Positions 50,659-63,270 of a stretch of 64,000 nucleotides of DNA are shown here, one piece after another. A program made the translations under genes and the position numbers. The DNA is taken from NCBI RefSeq assembly GCF_036588685.1, contig NC_086376.1, positions 83,265,014-83,329,013 on the forward strand, read 5' to 3'. Position 1 is the first letter of the stretch. Each line of letters starts with the position of its first letter. The notes beneath the pieces were generated by a model, which searched no databases, was not told the origin of the DNA, and saw only the letters and a list, made by a program, of their open reading frames with translations. The stretch is from Mytilus trossulus. Taxonomy: Eukaryota.

Positions 50659-50855
50659 TACTGTGGATTCCTTATTATTCGTTGGATACCAATTTTCGTG
50701 GGTTTCGTGGGTACAGGTGAACCACGAATTTAAATGTTCAACAAAAATATAAATTTATAATATGCTTTGTTTGCAGAGGTTGTAAAACCACGAAATCAAA
50801 TATCCACGAAAATGCAAGTTTTCCTCAATTCACGAAAAATAAATGAATCCACAGT
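50659..50855. mobile_element. Candidate small MITE with 12-bp TIRs TACTGTGGATTC / GAATCCACAGTA, possible TA target duplication, internal ttcgtgg/ccacgaa hairpin repeats
   Basis: TIRs read directly; flanks ata|ctgtgg ... ccacag|tac. Confidence 0.45.
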
Positions 50856-53800
50856 ACCCTATCCAAGCTATAGAAGTTTATATAGAACTATTGTTTATAG
50901 TATAATAATATTCTAGAAATACAGTTTTACTGCAATAAACTTAACATTGAGCACTGTATGTACATGAAAATGAGGTCAACTTAAAGTTAAATGAGACCTG
51001 CTAGGTGGACATGTACACATGCACCTTACAATCATTCCATACACAAATATAGTTGACCTATTGCTAATACATTGTACATGTACTAGACCCAAAATCATAA
51101 CCTTGATCACAGATCCATGAAATCAGGTTTGTGGTCAGGAGAATTGTAATTCAACACATTCTTTTAGTTGTAAACTGAAGATTGGGTATTCTATTTTGGA
51201 AATTACTTAAAAATCAATGGAAAACAAGTCATGTGATGATGTCCAAACTTGCATATAATCATATAAAGGGACACAACTAAAGATTGGTAAATCTACATTT
51301 TATAACTCTGACAATCCCAATCCAACTCTAACTGTGTTTTGTGGTAATATAAGCATTGACATTGTGTGCAGGTGTCATAACATCTGGTTGAAGCAATCTA
51401 AAGTTACTTAGAGAACAGAAACAAATTATGAGACATACATGTATGCATGATATGCAGGGAATCTTCACAGCAGCAGGGTCATAAAAAATTGATGCGATTT
51501 AAAAAAAAAATGAAAAAAATAATCTGTGCTGAATACATATATGCTACTAATGAACATGTAGTTGTGTAATGTTGACAAAAAAGGTACCAATGCACACCTT
51601 TTTGCCTTTAAAACTGAACTTGTAGATGCACATGTATACATGTATCATGTGTATATATGTATAGATTTTTATGACAGACAAGAGATACAGCACAACTGTT
51701 ATCCCAGTTTGTCGTATATCTAGATCTGCTTTAATTCGGTAACTTTGTCATGAATTTGATGCAAGGATGTCAGATGTCAAATGAATAAATTTTGTGTTCA
51801 AGGTACATGTATGACATCATGACCGTGACATGAAAAATGCATACATAGTTCTTTTGACACAACAAAAGTTGTAAACATTCTGCCATTTAATTGTGAAATT
51901 TCAAATCAAAATCAAACATATATATCAGAAATGTCAAAAGATTTATTTGGAAAAAGAATTTAAATTTACTTACAACCATGACAACATATACACCGGTACA
52001 GTATATTAGATTTATCATATTTGTATTTAAATGTATGTGACCATGCTTATAGCCACAAGCAAAGCTTTCAAAACTCTCTTCAATGTCTCATGATGAAGTT
52101 AATTAACAAATTCTAGTGGAAAAGTAATTTTCGCACATTGGGGTTAGAAAAAAATCATTAACTGCATTTGGGCAAGACAGAAAACAACTCTCTTCACAAA
52201 ATGATCAACATCACGTTTATATCACCCAAGGTTAGGATTGTGCAGAAAGTTTATTGACCGCTGCAATTGAAAGAAGGCAAATGCTACACTGAATCTTCAT
52301 TATAATCGATACAGAAGACATGAATTAACCCATTGACTGAAAACTGACCGGCCAATGAACTCTTTACCTTTTGTAATTCTACAGACTGGGGATGCCCTTA
52401 AAATTGTCATTTATACATGTAATCATCTATGCACACACACACAATTGTAAAGTCAAATGAAAATTTACCATTCTCAAACAATTAATTTATAATACTTCAA
52501 CAATATCAATTTCACAAAATATGGATAAGCTAAGATTTAAGACTTCAGCTACTGTCAGAGTTACATTCACATTGAACTTGAAGGTACATTAATTCACTGA
52601 GTGAGAGTATATACATGTATATATATAAGTTTTATCAATGCTACACTGCACAGCTTTCGTGTCAAACAAGGACAAATCACAGGTTACTGTCCTCAGAGAC
52701 AAATATGTTTTCTTTCCACATGTATTGCTTTACATTTACATTTCTAACCATCCCTTCACCTTAAAAGTTTTAATCGTTTTCACTGCATGCTCTCTGAGAG
52801 GATCAACATAATCTGTTGAGTCATTGCTTCACACATTTTCTGCAATCAACCTTTCCTTTTTTTTTTCTCTTTTATATAATTTGAAAGCCAGCTTTGAAAT
52901 TGTCAGAAACCTGGTGGAGATGGGCTTGTCCTTTGTAATCTAAATCATTGATGGATGTACAAAAATGTATACAATGAATGAAATGAATATAGTACCAGTT
53001 GAACCTGGACTGTAATAAATCATTCAATACAAGGATGAAGAACAGCACTAGTTTAAAAAAAAAAAAAAAAGTAAAAAAAAAAAAGAACAGTGCTACACCT
53101 AATGATGTACAATTGCAAAAGTTACATGTAACAGAAAAACACATACATTAAGTTGCAGTGCCGTACATGGACATTGACATTTACACGGAAAAAAGTTGAA
53201 CATATAATTTTCTTATCGTATTCCTTACTTCGGAAACAAACTTTTCTTTTCAAAATCAGATCTGACACATAATTTATATTTTTAAAGTTAAGGTGGTACC
53301 TAACACTACAGGGAGATAAGTCTATAAAGTCATCTATAAGTTTTAATTATATTGTGTTGTAAAAGGAATATTAAGCTTATCAATGATCAAAATTGGTGTT
53401 GGTCAAACTGCTATATATATATATATAACCAGTGTATTTTTTCTGACAAAACGGTTGGTTAAAAACTTTTAATAAATGTGTGTCAAAAATCCACAAAAAA
53501 TAGGGCCAGTTGGATTGGTTGTAATCAAAATTTATACTTAATTATGATATTGTAAATTGTTATATTCCAATGATCTCCGACTTATCTCTTGATTGCTATG
53601 TAATTATAGACTATAGGTCCCTTCAGGGCTCCAGAATTCTTGAGTTAGGTTGGTAAAATCACAAGTATTTTTTGTATACCTATATATATATATTAAGTTT
53701 CATGTACTAATACGTTTGTAGCACCTGGTAACTATTGATTTTGTTCTATAACAAATGTACCATGGTAACAAATAAATAATAATCATGATAATAATAGTAC

Positions 53801-54157
53801 TTAATAAATATTATCTGAAAAAGAAATATTTACACATAAATCTCTCTACAAAGAAAAATCGTTCAACACACTTCATTTTCTCAGATACATGTACATGCAT
53901 GTGCATGAGCATTAAAGGTAAATACAACTGACCAAAACAAATTGACCTTGGCCTCCTAATTTTACGTTGTCTAATATAATGGCCTGAGACAAGTGCTCCC
54001 AACAAATATTTCCACACCCCTGGTACTATACACTTTCATGGTGAGAACCCTGTAAACCTAAAAAAATTCATTACTCAATTGTTGATAAGATCTGAGTAAA
54101 GAAAAGACAGTCAAGATACAAATGTAGCACCAATGCCACTTAAACTATCATACTCAC

Positions 54158-55072
54158 CAACTAAAACATTGTCATGTACCACTTCAAAGGAGTATATTTT
54201 ACGATACCACGTGTGTCGCAGATCATTCATTTCAATCAGATCATTGTCCCACACAAGTTCTACACGGAACAATTCGGGCTCTGTCACTGGTTCATCAAAC
54301 TGAACAATAACTTTGTCTACAATGCCAAATCCAACTGCATCTATTGCATCTAATTTCATTTTAGGCAATGGTGGGTTAAACATCCTATCACATGCAGCTT
54401 TTAAAACACCTAGTGAAACAGTACATATTACGTGATTTGCATAGAATTTTTCACCGTTTTCACATTCAACACAACATTCATAAACATTTTTTTCTGGATC
54501 TGGAAATTGTCTATTCCATCGTATACATTTGACTGGATGATTGAGTAAAATATTTTCCTTTGGGATACTACTTTTTAGGATTTCTAAAACTGCAGTAAAA
54601 CCGGGTGGGATTGTATAATGAACACCTGGTAGTTCTTCATAACTTCCAAACTCACTCAAAGAAACCTCTGACAATGAATCACAGCCAGATATACAACACT
54701 CTAGCCTTTTTCGCTGATCAAATAACAATTCTCTAATATGACGGTCACTATTTGTATATCGTTCCAAAGTGTCTTCATATTCACGTTCCAGAAATGCCCC
54801 AACACTATCATTTTCTTCCATTGTGGGTATACCACTTTGATAAAAATCCTCTGCTTGCATAATTAGTTGCCCATAGTTCAAATTAACTTGATTGACTATT
54901 TTTTCAGTTACTTCCTCTCCGTTTTCCATTTTAAAGGAAGTTTTATTACGAAGACCTTTATTGCCATGTCTCAATTCTAGCAAATTATTGTCATCAGCAA
55001 TTTTAAAAATTGGGTTTCTTTCTATGCCATGTATCCAATTGGCCCCCATTTCTGCTTTATGGCCTTCGGCAT
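54158..55072 (-). CDS. Polyamine oxidase (SMOX/PAOX-like), coding exon 2 (915 nt; ..DAEGHKAEMGANWIHGIERNPIFK ... HVICTVSLGVLK ... WYRKIYSFEVVHDNVLV)
   Basis: ORF 54111..55049 (minus) carries PAO/SMOX hallmarks: GANWIHG, SEVSLSEFG..ELPG.HY.IP.GF, H-V-I-x-T-V-S-L-G-V-L-K and WYRKI. Acceptor tttttcag| at plus 55073-55075; donor G|GTGAGT at plus 54152-54157. Phase is consistent with exon 1 (1+2) and exon 3 (1+2). Collinear with human SMOX as I recall it. Confidence 0.85.
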
Positions 55073-56639
55073 CTGAAAAATATCATTTTTTTTAAATATT
55101 TACATTTTTAATTTCTTCAAAATCATTTCAACTGGTAGTGGGTCCAGGTTTCTTGGCTTTAATATATATACATGTACACATACAGGATTTGTATTTAAGT
55201 TTTAAAACTTTATAAGTTCAGTTTTTAATGTGCCATTTTTAGAAAGTGTGTGAAAATAGTCATAATAATCATTCAACCAGATGGGAGGTTTTTACTTTAA
55301 TGTATAAGCTAAGTAACAGCTAGTTTAATAAAGGGAGACTTAATGGATACTACATGTATGTACAATAATATAATCTGTAAATAAAACGAGATTAACGATA
55401 ATGGTCACTTTCAAAAACTTGTGTGCAAAAAAACATGCATGTTTATGAACATGACGACAGGGACAAATACATGTAGTCTATACTACAATGTACCTAAAGC
55501 AGTGACATGCAGTTTAAGTTACCAAAGAGGATTTTGTATATAATACAAGTTTATCGTGTGCATACCACATAAATCCAGTCAATCTAGCATAAATTTGGCC
55601 CTAACCCGAAAGAAATTGCAACAGAAATTTTTTAAGTTTTAATCTTTAGCATTATACCCCAAATATACACAGGAAAAAAGTCCCATAAAATCTAACTTGA
55701 GGAAGATTAAAAAAAATCACCATTTCAAAATTCCTAAAGAGATTTGCATTGGAAAGGGAGATAACTCTTGCAAAAAAGGCAAAAAAAGAAATATCAATAA
55801 AAATTGATACAAAATTATTACTTTACCTCTTCTATTCATCAGAATGTAGTGATTCTTGATTTCTTAGTTGTGTTTTTAGAGTATAACAAACAACTCTAAA
55901 GGTGTTTTCATATATTTTATCAAGCTATAATCTAGATTCTGTAGTTCAGACGACCATTTATTTATTTTTTCAACATGTCATGGTAAAGAATCTCAAATTT
56001 AATAAAAAAAAAAATGCATGTATTCTTTTTTTGTGGTTTAAAGTTCCTTTAGATAAGTAAGTTGCTGAAACAATATAATATACAGATATAAACAATACCA
56101 AATTTTCACACTATTTTTTCAAAATGGTTACAAAGCTTTAAATTTGCAATTTCTTTAATGAAAAGTAAATGGAAAAAATAAAACTACCCATAACATTTTG
56201 GTTTTGGACATTTCATGAGCAGAAGATTATATAATTAAGTCAAATACAAACTTATAACCCCATCTGATCAAAGTATCATACTTTACATAAATTTCAAGAA
56301 AAACAACCAAAAACTGACCAAAAAAGACTTATTTTTGCAAGAGTTATCTTCCCTTCCAATGTTAATTTCCATAGGAAATTAAAAAGGCTGATTTTGAGTT
56401 TGCCTCAAGTTAGACTTGATGGGACTTTTTTCTGTGTATATTTAGGGTTTAATTCTATAGATTAGAACTAATACATTGTCTGTTGCAATTAGTTTGAGGT
56501 TAAATCTTAGTCTGACTGGACTTATAGTTATGATAGTAAGCTACATTTATAAAGCGTGTTATATTTATTTTTTTCATGCAACTTTATGCACTAACTATAA
56601 CTTATATTATATCTTATTATTCTAGCAGACTTTTTTGTC

Positions 56640-56815
56640 ATGTTGGGGCCTTTTACAGACATGACAGTCAACTACATATATATACATGTATAAAAGTATG
56701 GGTTTACTAATTTTTGTAACATGACACAAGGCTATATGTTGACCTATAACTTTTCCATTTCATTTGGACTCTGTCAGATAGACAATTGGCAATCATACCA
56801 CATGCATTTCCTTGA
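56640..56815 (+). mobile_element. SINE-like repeat, related subfamily, partial
   Basis: ggggccttttacagacatgac..ctatatgttgacctataac..gacaattggcaatcataccacatgc. Confidence 0.5.
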
Positions 56816-57059
56816 TTATACATGTAACATTGAGTTGGTCACATTTTTTAATGATAGGTACAATTTTCTATTGTACTAATAGATACTGCATTGTGCAAAG
56901 TAGTGACATCTCATCATGATGTCTTGTGGTATACTACTGACATGTGTATGGTACAATGCATAGCTTGTACTAGTTTGTTTCTGGTTCAATAGGTTCAAAA
57001 ACAACGAAAAGACATAGGTTACCATTTACAAATGCAATACTCAGTAGACCTGGCTTAAA

Positions 57060-57290
57060 AAATAAGTGTTACATATTTGTTTTTCGTTTATTTTTTGTAC
57101 AATTAATGCCGTTAGTTTTCTCATTTGAATTGTTTTACATTGCGTTTCGGGGCCTTCTATAGCTGACTATGCGGTATGGGCTTTGCTCATTGTTGAAGGC
57201 CATACAGTGACTTACAGTTGTTAATTTCTCTTAGTGAGAGTTGCCTTATTAGCAATCTTACCACATCTTCTTTTTTAATTATACTTAACT
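57060..57290 (+). mobile_element. SINE-like repeat, related subfamily
   Basis: Near-identical to the 49040 copy (gttacatatttgtttttcgttt..ctatagctgactatgcggtatgggctttgctcattgttgaaggccatacagtgac..ccacatcttc). Confidence 0.7.
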
Positions 57291-58360
57291 AGTAATATAT
57301 TTATTAAATTTTGTAAAATGAACAGGGGCGGATCCAGCTGGCGATGATTTAGAGACCGTTTAACTTAAGCGTCAAACTACTTTTAACGCCGTTTCCATTC
57401 ACATTGTTAACGTCATCATATCTTCTGTTAACGTTGTGCTTTTTTTATGTACATGTATCATGTTACTATATTGAGTTGAGATTATACGATCAAACAAACC
57501 AGACTTTGTTTTACTGCCTGTCCAGACTTTTAGTTAACCCATCCGTCATACCAGCCATTTTAAAAAGGGGGGTTCCTAACCAAGGACAAATTGGGGGTTC
57601 CAATTACATGTCCCCATTCAAATGCAGTGATCGTCCAAAAAATGGGGGGTTCCCACCCCTGGAACCCCCCTCTGGATCCGCGCCTGATGAAACAAGAGTT
57701 TTGTACACGTCAGAACCTGAAGAGAAGAAATCCAATTCCATGCAATTAGGCCCATTAAGCATTATATTATCATACATTGCAAAGCAAAGGGTGTACATGT
57801 ATGTAGTTTTGTTAATTATGCTAATTATTGATCCACAAAAAGGCCCAATGGTTCAACCTCTATTTCTTCAAATAATACCCAAATCATACAGAGAATGAAT
57901 ATAATTTTGACATAGTTTGAAAAAATTATAAAGTTGAGAAAGAGGTCCACATTCACATTTTGAAATTAAAAAATACATGTGTCCCCCAAACATTTTCTTG
58001 ATAACAAATGATTTCCTTGTGAAGCAGTATTTCCCTGTAGTAAAACTGGTTCTATTTATATATAGAAATTTGATTGGTTTGTTGCCAGACGTTCTGTACA
58101 TATGTCCTATTTTGACCTTCACACAATCATTCACAAAAATCTAAAAATGTGTCATCGAGTTCAGGCAATGTAATTTCATAAAATACAAAGACATGACCAA
58201 TCGCTAATAATAATGACAATTGAATACACTTTTAAATTATTATATTGTATTTTTACTATGATACTGGGTTACTTTCTTTTTGCTAAGGTGGCAATGTATC
58301 CAAACGAGAACTATCACGAAATGAAACCATGGCATACATTTGTACACTGGGATAACTTAC

Positions 58361-58511
58361 CAAGATTGACGGTGTATATTCTACCGCCTGTTCTATTTGA
58401 TGCTTCAAGTATAACGTAATCTTTAAATCCATTGTTAGCGAGATAATCTCCTAAGGCTATCCCAGAGATCCCTCCACCGATGATCACAATTTTGGGCTTT
58501 GTTTCACCCAT
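58361..58511 (-). CDS. Polyamine oxidase (SMOX/PAOX-like flavin amine oxidase), coding exon 1 with start codon; encodes MGETKPKIVIIGGGISGIALGDYLANNGFKDYVILEASNRTGGRIYTVNL + split codon
   Basis: ATG at 58509-58511 on the minus strand. GxGxxG dinucleotide-binding (FAD Rossmann) motif IVIIGGGISG ... ILEA..R.GGRI typical of the amine oxidase N-terminus. Exon ends with a consensus donor G|GTAAGT (minus strand; plus-strand ACTTAC at 58355-58360). 151 nt, phase-1 end, joins exon 2 in frame. The ORF track's M at 58520 is a TTG, not an ATG. Confidence 0.75.
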
Positions 58512-58737
58512 ATCCTTCAAAAGTCAACAGCTGACATACGTCACGTACTTCTAATAAAAAATCACAATAGTTGAATTAAAAATGTTGTTTCATCCACATC
58601 TAAAACAATAAAATTACACAGTTTTATAAACACTTTCAATGATTTGTCTCTAACTGTGTTGGTCCTTGTTTTCATAACATGATTTTGATTATGAATGTAT
58701 CGTCGCAAACGGAGCGGTTACTCCACACATATTTCAA

Positions 58738-58745
58738 TGACGTCA
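58738..58745. promoter_or_regulatory. CRE-like palindrome TGACGTCA about 230 bp upstream (in gene orientation) of the polyamine oxidase start codon
   Basis: Sequence motif only; no TATA box or initiator could be assigned, and an upstream non-coding exon is not excluded (acceptor-like tgctttcag on the minus strand near plus 58811-58819). Confidence 0.15.
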
Positions 58746-59285
58746 GAGATTTTACCGTATGCAGGTGAAAGTTCAAAGTTGACAGTACTTTTGTCCGTAG
58801 AGTTTTTGCTGATTTGTTTCTGAAAGCACCAGAAAATATTGGTAAGGAAGTTTCAATCTGAGATAATTTGGCTTATAGTAATTTAAAAAATTATTGTTTA
58901 AATAATGAACGCATTTTCAACAAAATGTAAGGATGCCGTCTGCTCTCACAAAAGGAGTGGCAGATATCAAATGGATGGAGCCAGAAAAGGGGTGTTAAGA
59001 TTTTACAAACCAACACAAAATAAAAACAATACAAACAATACAAATTAAAAGAAATGAAAAAATAATTAAAAAAATGTATAAATTCAAAATTTACCGACGA
59101 AAATATGCGAAATTAATCAACAGAAAAATATTCATATTGTGGGTTTCTTTTTGTAGATCTACTTATCTGTTTTCCGATGTATGTTTGTGAGTCCATTCTT
59201 TATCATCCAATTTTTAAATGCGGAGGATTGCAATCGGAAAATGGAATATTAAGGGTGGGGAACTGAGATTTAGATCATGAGATCA

Positions 59286-59475
59286 GTGAGGGGGATAGGA
59301 CCTTTATCGGGACTCTGTGATCGGGTGTTTTTAACTTGCTCGGGATTTCGGGATTGATCCTTTTTTTTTCTCGGATTTCGGGACGTCGGGATTTACTTTA
59401 TTTAAATTCGGGACCTCGGGATTTCGTGTTTGTAAGCCCGGGATTTCGGGATCAGGACCACTCCTATCCCACTCA
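59286..59475. mobile_element. Candidate MITE-like element: imperfect TIRs (agtgagggggatagg / cctatcccactca) enclosing 6 degenerate tandem copies of CGGGATTTCGGGA
   Basis: Repeated (c)gggatttcggga(c/t) at 59341-59455; terminal inverted similarity about 13/15. Confidence 0.4.
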
Positions 59476-62400
59476 TAAGTCTTAAACCAAGGATTTGTAT
59501 AGTAATATCCTTGCTTAAACTTTATAGCACTACCATATTATATACATGTTTTCTTCTGACATTTTATTTCTCTCGCTGTGTTGAAGACCCATTGGTGGTC
59601 TAGTGCTGTGTTCTGCTTTTTGGTCTGATTGTTGTCTCTTTGTCACTTTCCACATTGTCACACTCAATTTTATGTCACTGTTCTATTTATTGTTCAGTAT
59701 ATGAGGCAGGCGTTACGTTACCTGCATGTGAAGGGGGCGACGTCCATAAGAATACTTATATTAACCAGAGACATATAATACAATTGTATTATATGTCTCT
59801 GTATTAACTAATTTCATATTGCCAATTGCTTACAAAATGTTGGTCTGTAAGATGACGAATGGTTTAACTTTTTCAACGGAATTTTCGAGGTTGGATCTGC
59901 GTTAAATTACTGCTGCCTTAAAAATTTAATTATCTCCAGACTTTTAGACGGGACATGTTAGGTAGTAGACTATACTTGATGCGCATTATAGATCATTAGA
60001 AGTCTTAGGTGGTACTGGACAGGGCGTATACTAATCGTCTTCCCCCAAACTACAATATATTGGCTAAGTCAGACAAAATATTTGACAGACAAAGACTGAG
60101 TCTGTCAAATATCCTCGGCGACTAAATATGCATAGGTCAAGCATTATGTCACCCAATGCAAGAATATATATATAAAAGTGCGAAACTTGGCCATTTGAGT
60201 AATAGGACGGTGATCACTGGACATAACATTTATCAGATTCTGTGTATATCTCACTCTCTGGACTAATAAAGTATATAGCGTAATATTTAGTCCCAATAAA
60301 GTTATTTTTATAGTAAATAATAGAGACGCCAGTGTTTAAATTCGCATATAAATGATGTCATTATTTTAAAATCTATCTATGAGTGTGGAATAACCATACA
60401 TCGTCTCGGAAGAAACAAATATTTGAAATAAAAACAAGTTCGTTTATGAGACACATCATTTTGTTTCATCTTTCTTGTGACCAACTGAAAACAATCACTA
60501 CGTCAGCACTTCAAGCGCTAATGATGAGTTGTATGTGGGAGAAAAAAAGGGGGAGGGGTAGTGGACCAAAGTGGTTGCATGGGCCGTGTCGAATTTAGAG
60601 AGATGACTGACACAAAATATTTGTGAAGTTCGAACGCATTTCTCAAAACTGTTATTTTTACTACTTGATTATAAACATTATCGAAAAAAAACCTCACTAT
60701 ATTAGATTATATTAAACGCTATATTACCGGCTTGCACACGGTCAGTATAGTTGCGTGTAATTACATTTTGATTATTGTGTTTATCGTATTTTGACTGGAT
60801 TAAGTCGGTATTTTCATGTTGTGTATAGTTAAGAAGATATTTTGGATGTTAAATGAGGATGGAATATACGGCGAGTCGCCGCCAGATGATATTTCAGATG
60901 TTAATAACCAGACACGGGTAGAGTGACTTTTCTCTAATCTTCCTTCCATCGGTGTTTTAAATGCTTTTATATACCAGTAATAAACAAATTAAATTCGAAA
61001 TTGAAGCAGAATATAATACGAGTAAACAACCCATATATGGTGAATGTCGCATTTGAAAAGAAACTAATATATGTATATTTGTGATGGTATAAAGTGATGA
61101 CGACATTTAATATGAAAAATTATGACGAACATCAACATATGGCAAATTTATAGTTGCGTGTGAAATTCAAATTTAAAAATTAGAAACTTGTCCAACTGTT
61201 GCATCCGATTCGATCAATACGGAAAGAATTATATTCACATAATAACAGCAGTACAGTACAGACATTTATATTTCCAGGAAAAAATGTCAAATAACAAAAA
61301 TATTTGTAATCTGAGCATGTCATCTTTTTTCCTAGTCCAAGCATGACAAAAAGCCGATAAAGTGACAAATTAATACAATACAATTATACTATTTAACATT
61401 CATAAACCGAACAAAACAAATTATAAAACAAGTATCATGATTACAGAAAGTCCGTATTAAGAGCCTATACCAATGCATGGTAACCGAATTTACACCTTGA
61501 AACAGAGACTTAATTATAAATATGTTTATATATGACTCTGATTCAAGGCATGTTCGCTACACTAAAAGATTTTATTAATTCCCCTATAATTTAAAACTAT
61601 ATATATATATATATACGTCACCATGTAAAATGCTATTTCTTAGGCAATCCTGGACTTCTCGTATGACAGCGAGCTAAATTTTTCGAAAGTCCAATTTTCG
61701 TGTACCTATGTTGTAAAATTTAAATGAATACTGACTTTTAACAATTCATTTTCATTACTTTCCGGTATTATAGTGTTTTGTGGTATAGGTTGTTTATTTC
61801 CTTTTTAACCATGTTGTTGTTTCTATACGTGCATCTGCGACTAATTTATTTTTGATTGCGCCTTTGATATCTTATTTTAAACGGTAAGAGTTTTCTCAAA
61901 GAAATCAGATACAATTGAGAATGGAAATGGGGGATGTTTCAAAGAGACAACAACCCGAACAAAGGGCAGAAAATGTTCACACAGCAAGAAAATCGTTTAA
62001 CCGTATACAAAATGTACGAAATAATTTTATTCAGCTGACCCTTAAACTCAATTTGTTTAGATGCGTTTGTTTTAATTCGAAATTTAAAAGATGCACATTT
62101 TCAAAAATGTACGATATAAATTTACTTATTCCTATATCCATACCCTGAGAGGAAGGGATCCTAGTACCTAAGAAAATGTGGAACCCGTGTACATATAAAT
62201 ACTTCCGCAAATTTTCAGATCTAACATTGTTGGGCTGATATTAAGACGAATGTTATATACAGGATGTGACTTCAGCCTAGTATCACCATCACTGGTGATC
62301 CGATAGATAAAATCCCACATAGAGTTGCAACTGGTTGAGACTTACTTATATATATATGTGTGTGTGTGTTAGGGAACGCAAACTTAAATTTTCGCCGAGC

Positions 62401-62607
62401 TGAACGAGGCGATCTTTTGTTTAGGTAAAATTATTGAAATATCTTGTATTAAGCTTAGAAAACCCCATGCTTTCAAGTTGTAGGGATAAGTGCACGCCCG
62501 CCATGCCACGGCCTGTACCAGCCCATGACTGAGACGTTACTGATACCGGAAAATTGATTTATGTGAAATGATAATAAATATTCAATTTGAAGTTGCAACG
62601 TAAGGGA

Positions 62608-62608
62608 T

Positions 62609-62634
<26 letters not shown>
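62608..62634. repeat. (TA)n microsatellite, about 13 units; a compound (TA)n(TG)n is also present at 62345-62370
   Basis: Direct reading. Confidence 0.9.
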
Positions 62635-62639
<5 letters not shown>

Positions 62640-63270
62640 GAGAATGGAAATGGGAAATGTGTCAAAGAGACAACAACCCGACCAAATAAAAAAACAACAG
62701 CAGAAGGTCACCAACAGGTCTACAATGTAGCGAGAAATTCCCGCACCCGGAGGCGTCCTTCAGCTGGCCCCTAAACAAATATATACTAGTTCAGTGATAA
62801 TGAACGCCATACTAATTTCCAAATTGTACACAAGAAACTAAAATTTAAATAATACAAGACTAACAAAGGCCAGAGGCTCCTGACTTGTGACATGCGCAAA
62901 AATGCGGCGGGGTTAAACATGTTTGTGAGATCTCAACCCTCCCCCTATACCTCTAACCAATGTAGAAAAGTAAAAGCATAACAATACGCACATTAAAATT
63001 CAGTTCAAGAGAAGTCCGTGTCTGATGTCAGAAGATGTAACCAAAGAAAATAAACAAAATGACAATAATACATAAATAACAACAGACTACTAGCAGTTAA
63101 CTGACATGCCAGCTCCAGACTTCAATTAAACTGACTGAAAGATTATGATTTCATCATATGAACATCAGGCACAATCCTTCCCGTTAGGGGTTTAGTATCA
63201 TACCATCATAACATATATGAGAAGAACATAACTTGTGTCATGCCAACAACTGTTTTTAGAATAAATGTGT

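Noticed and set aside
52872-53144. 90-aa ORF rich in F/K
   Set aside because: It is produced by poly-A/poly-T tracts (53040-53090) and is low complexity. Other short ORFs in the track (2504, 7613, 19409, 48917 and others) are likewise AT-rich chance frames or lie inside SINE copies.
54892-55095. 67-aa plus-strand ORF (also 58213..58419 plus)
   Set aside because: Antisense to polyamine oxidase exons 2 and 1; shadow ORFs.
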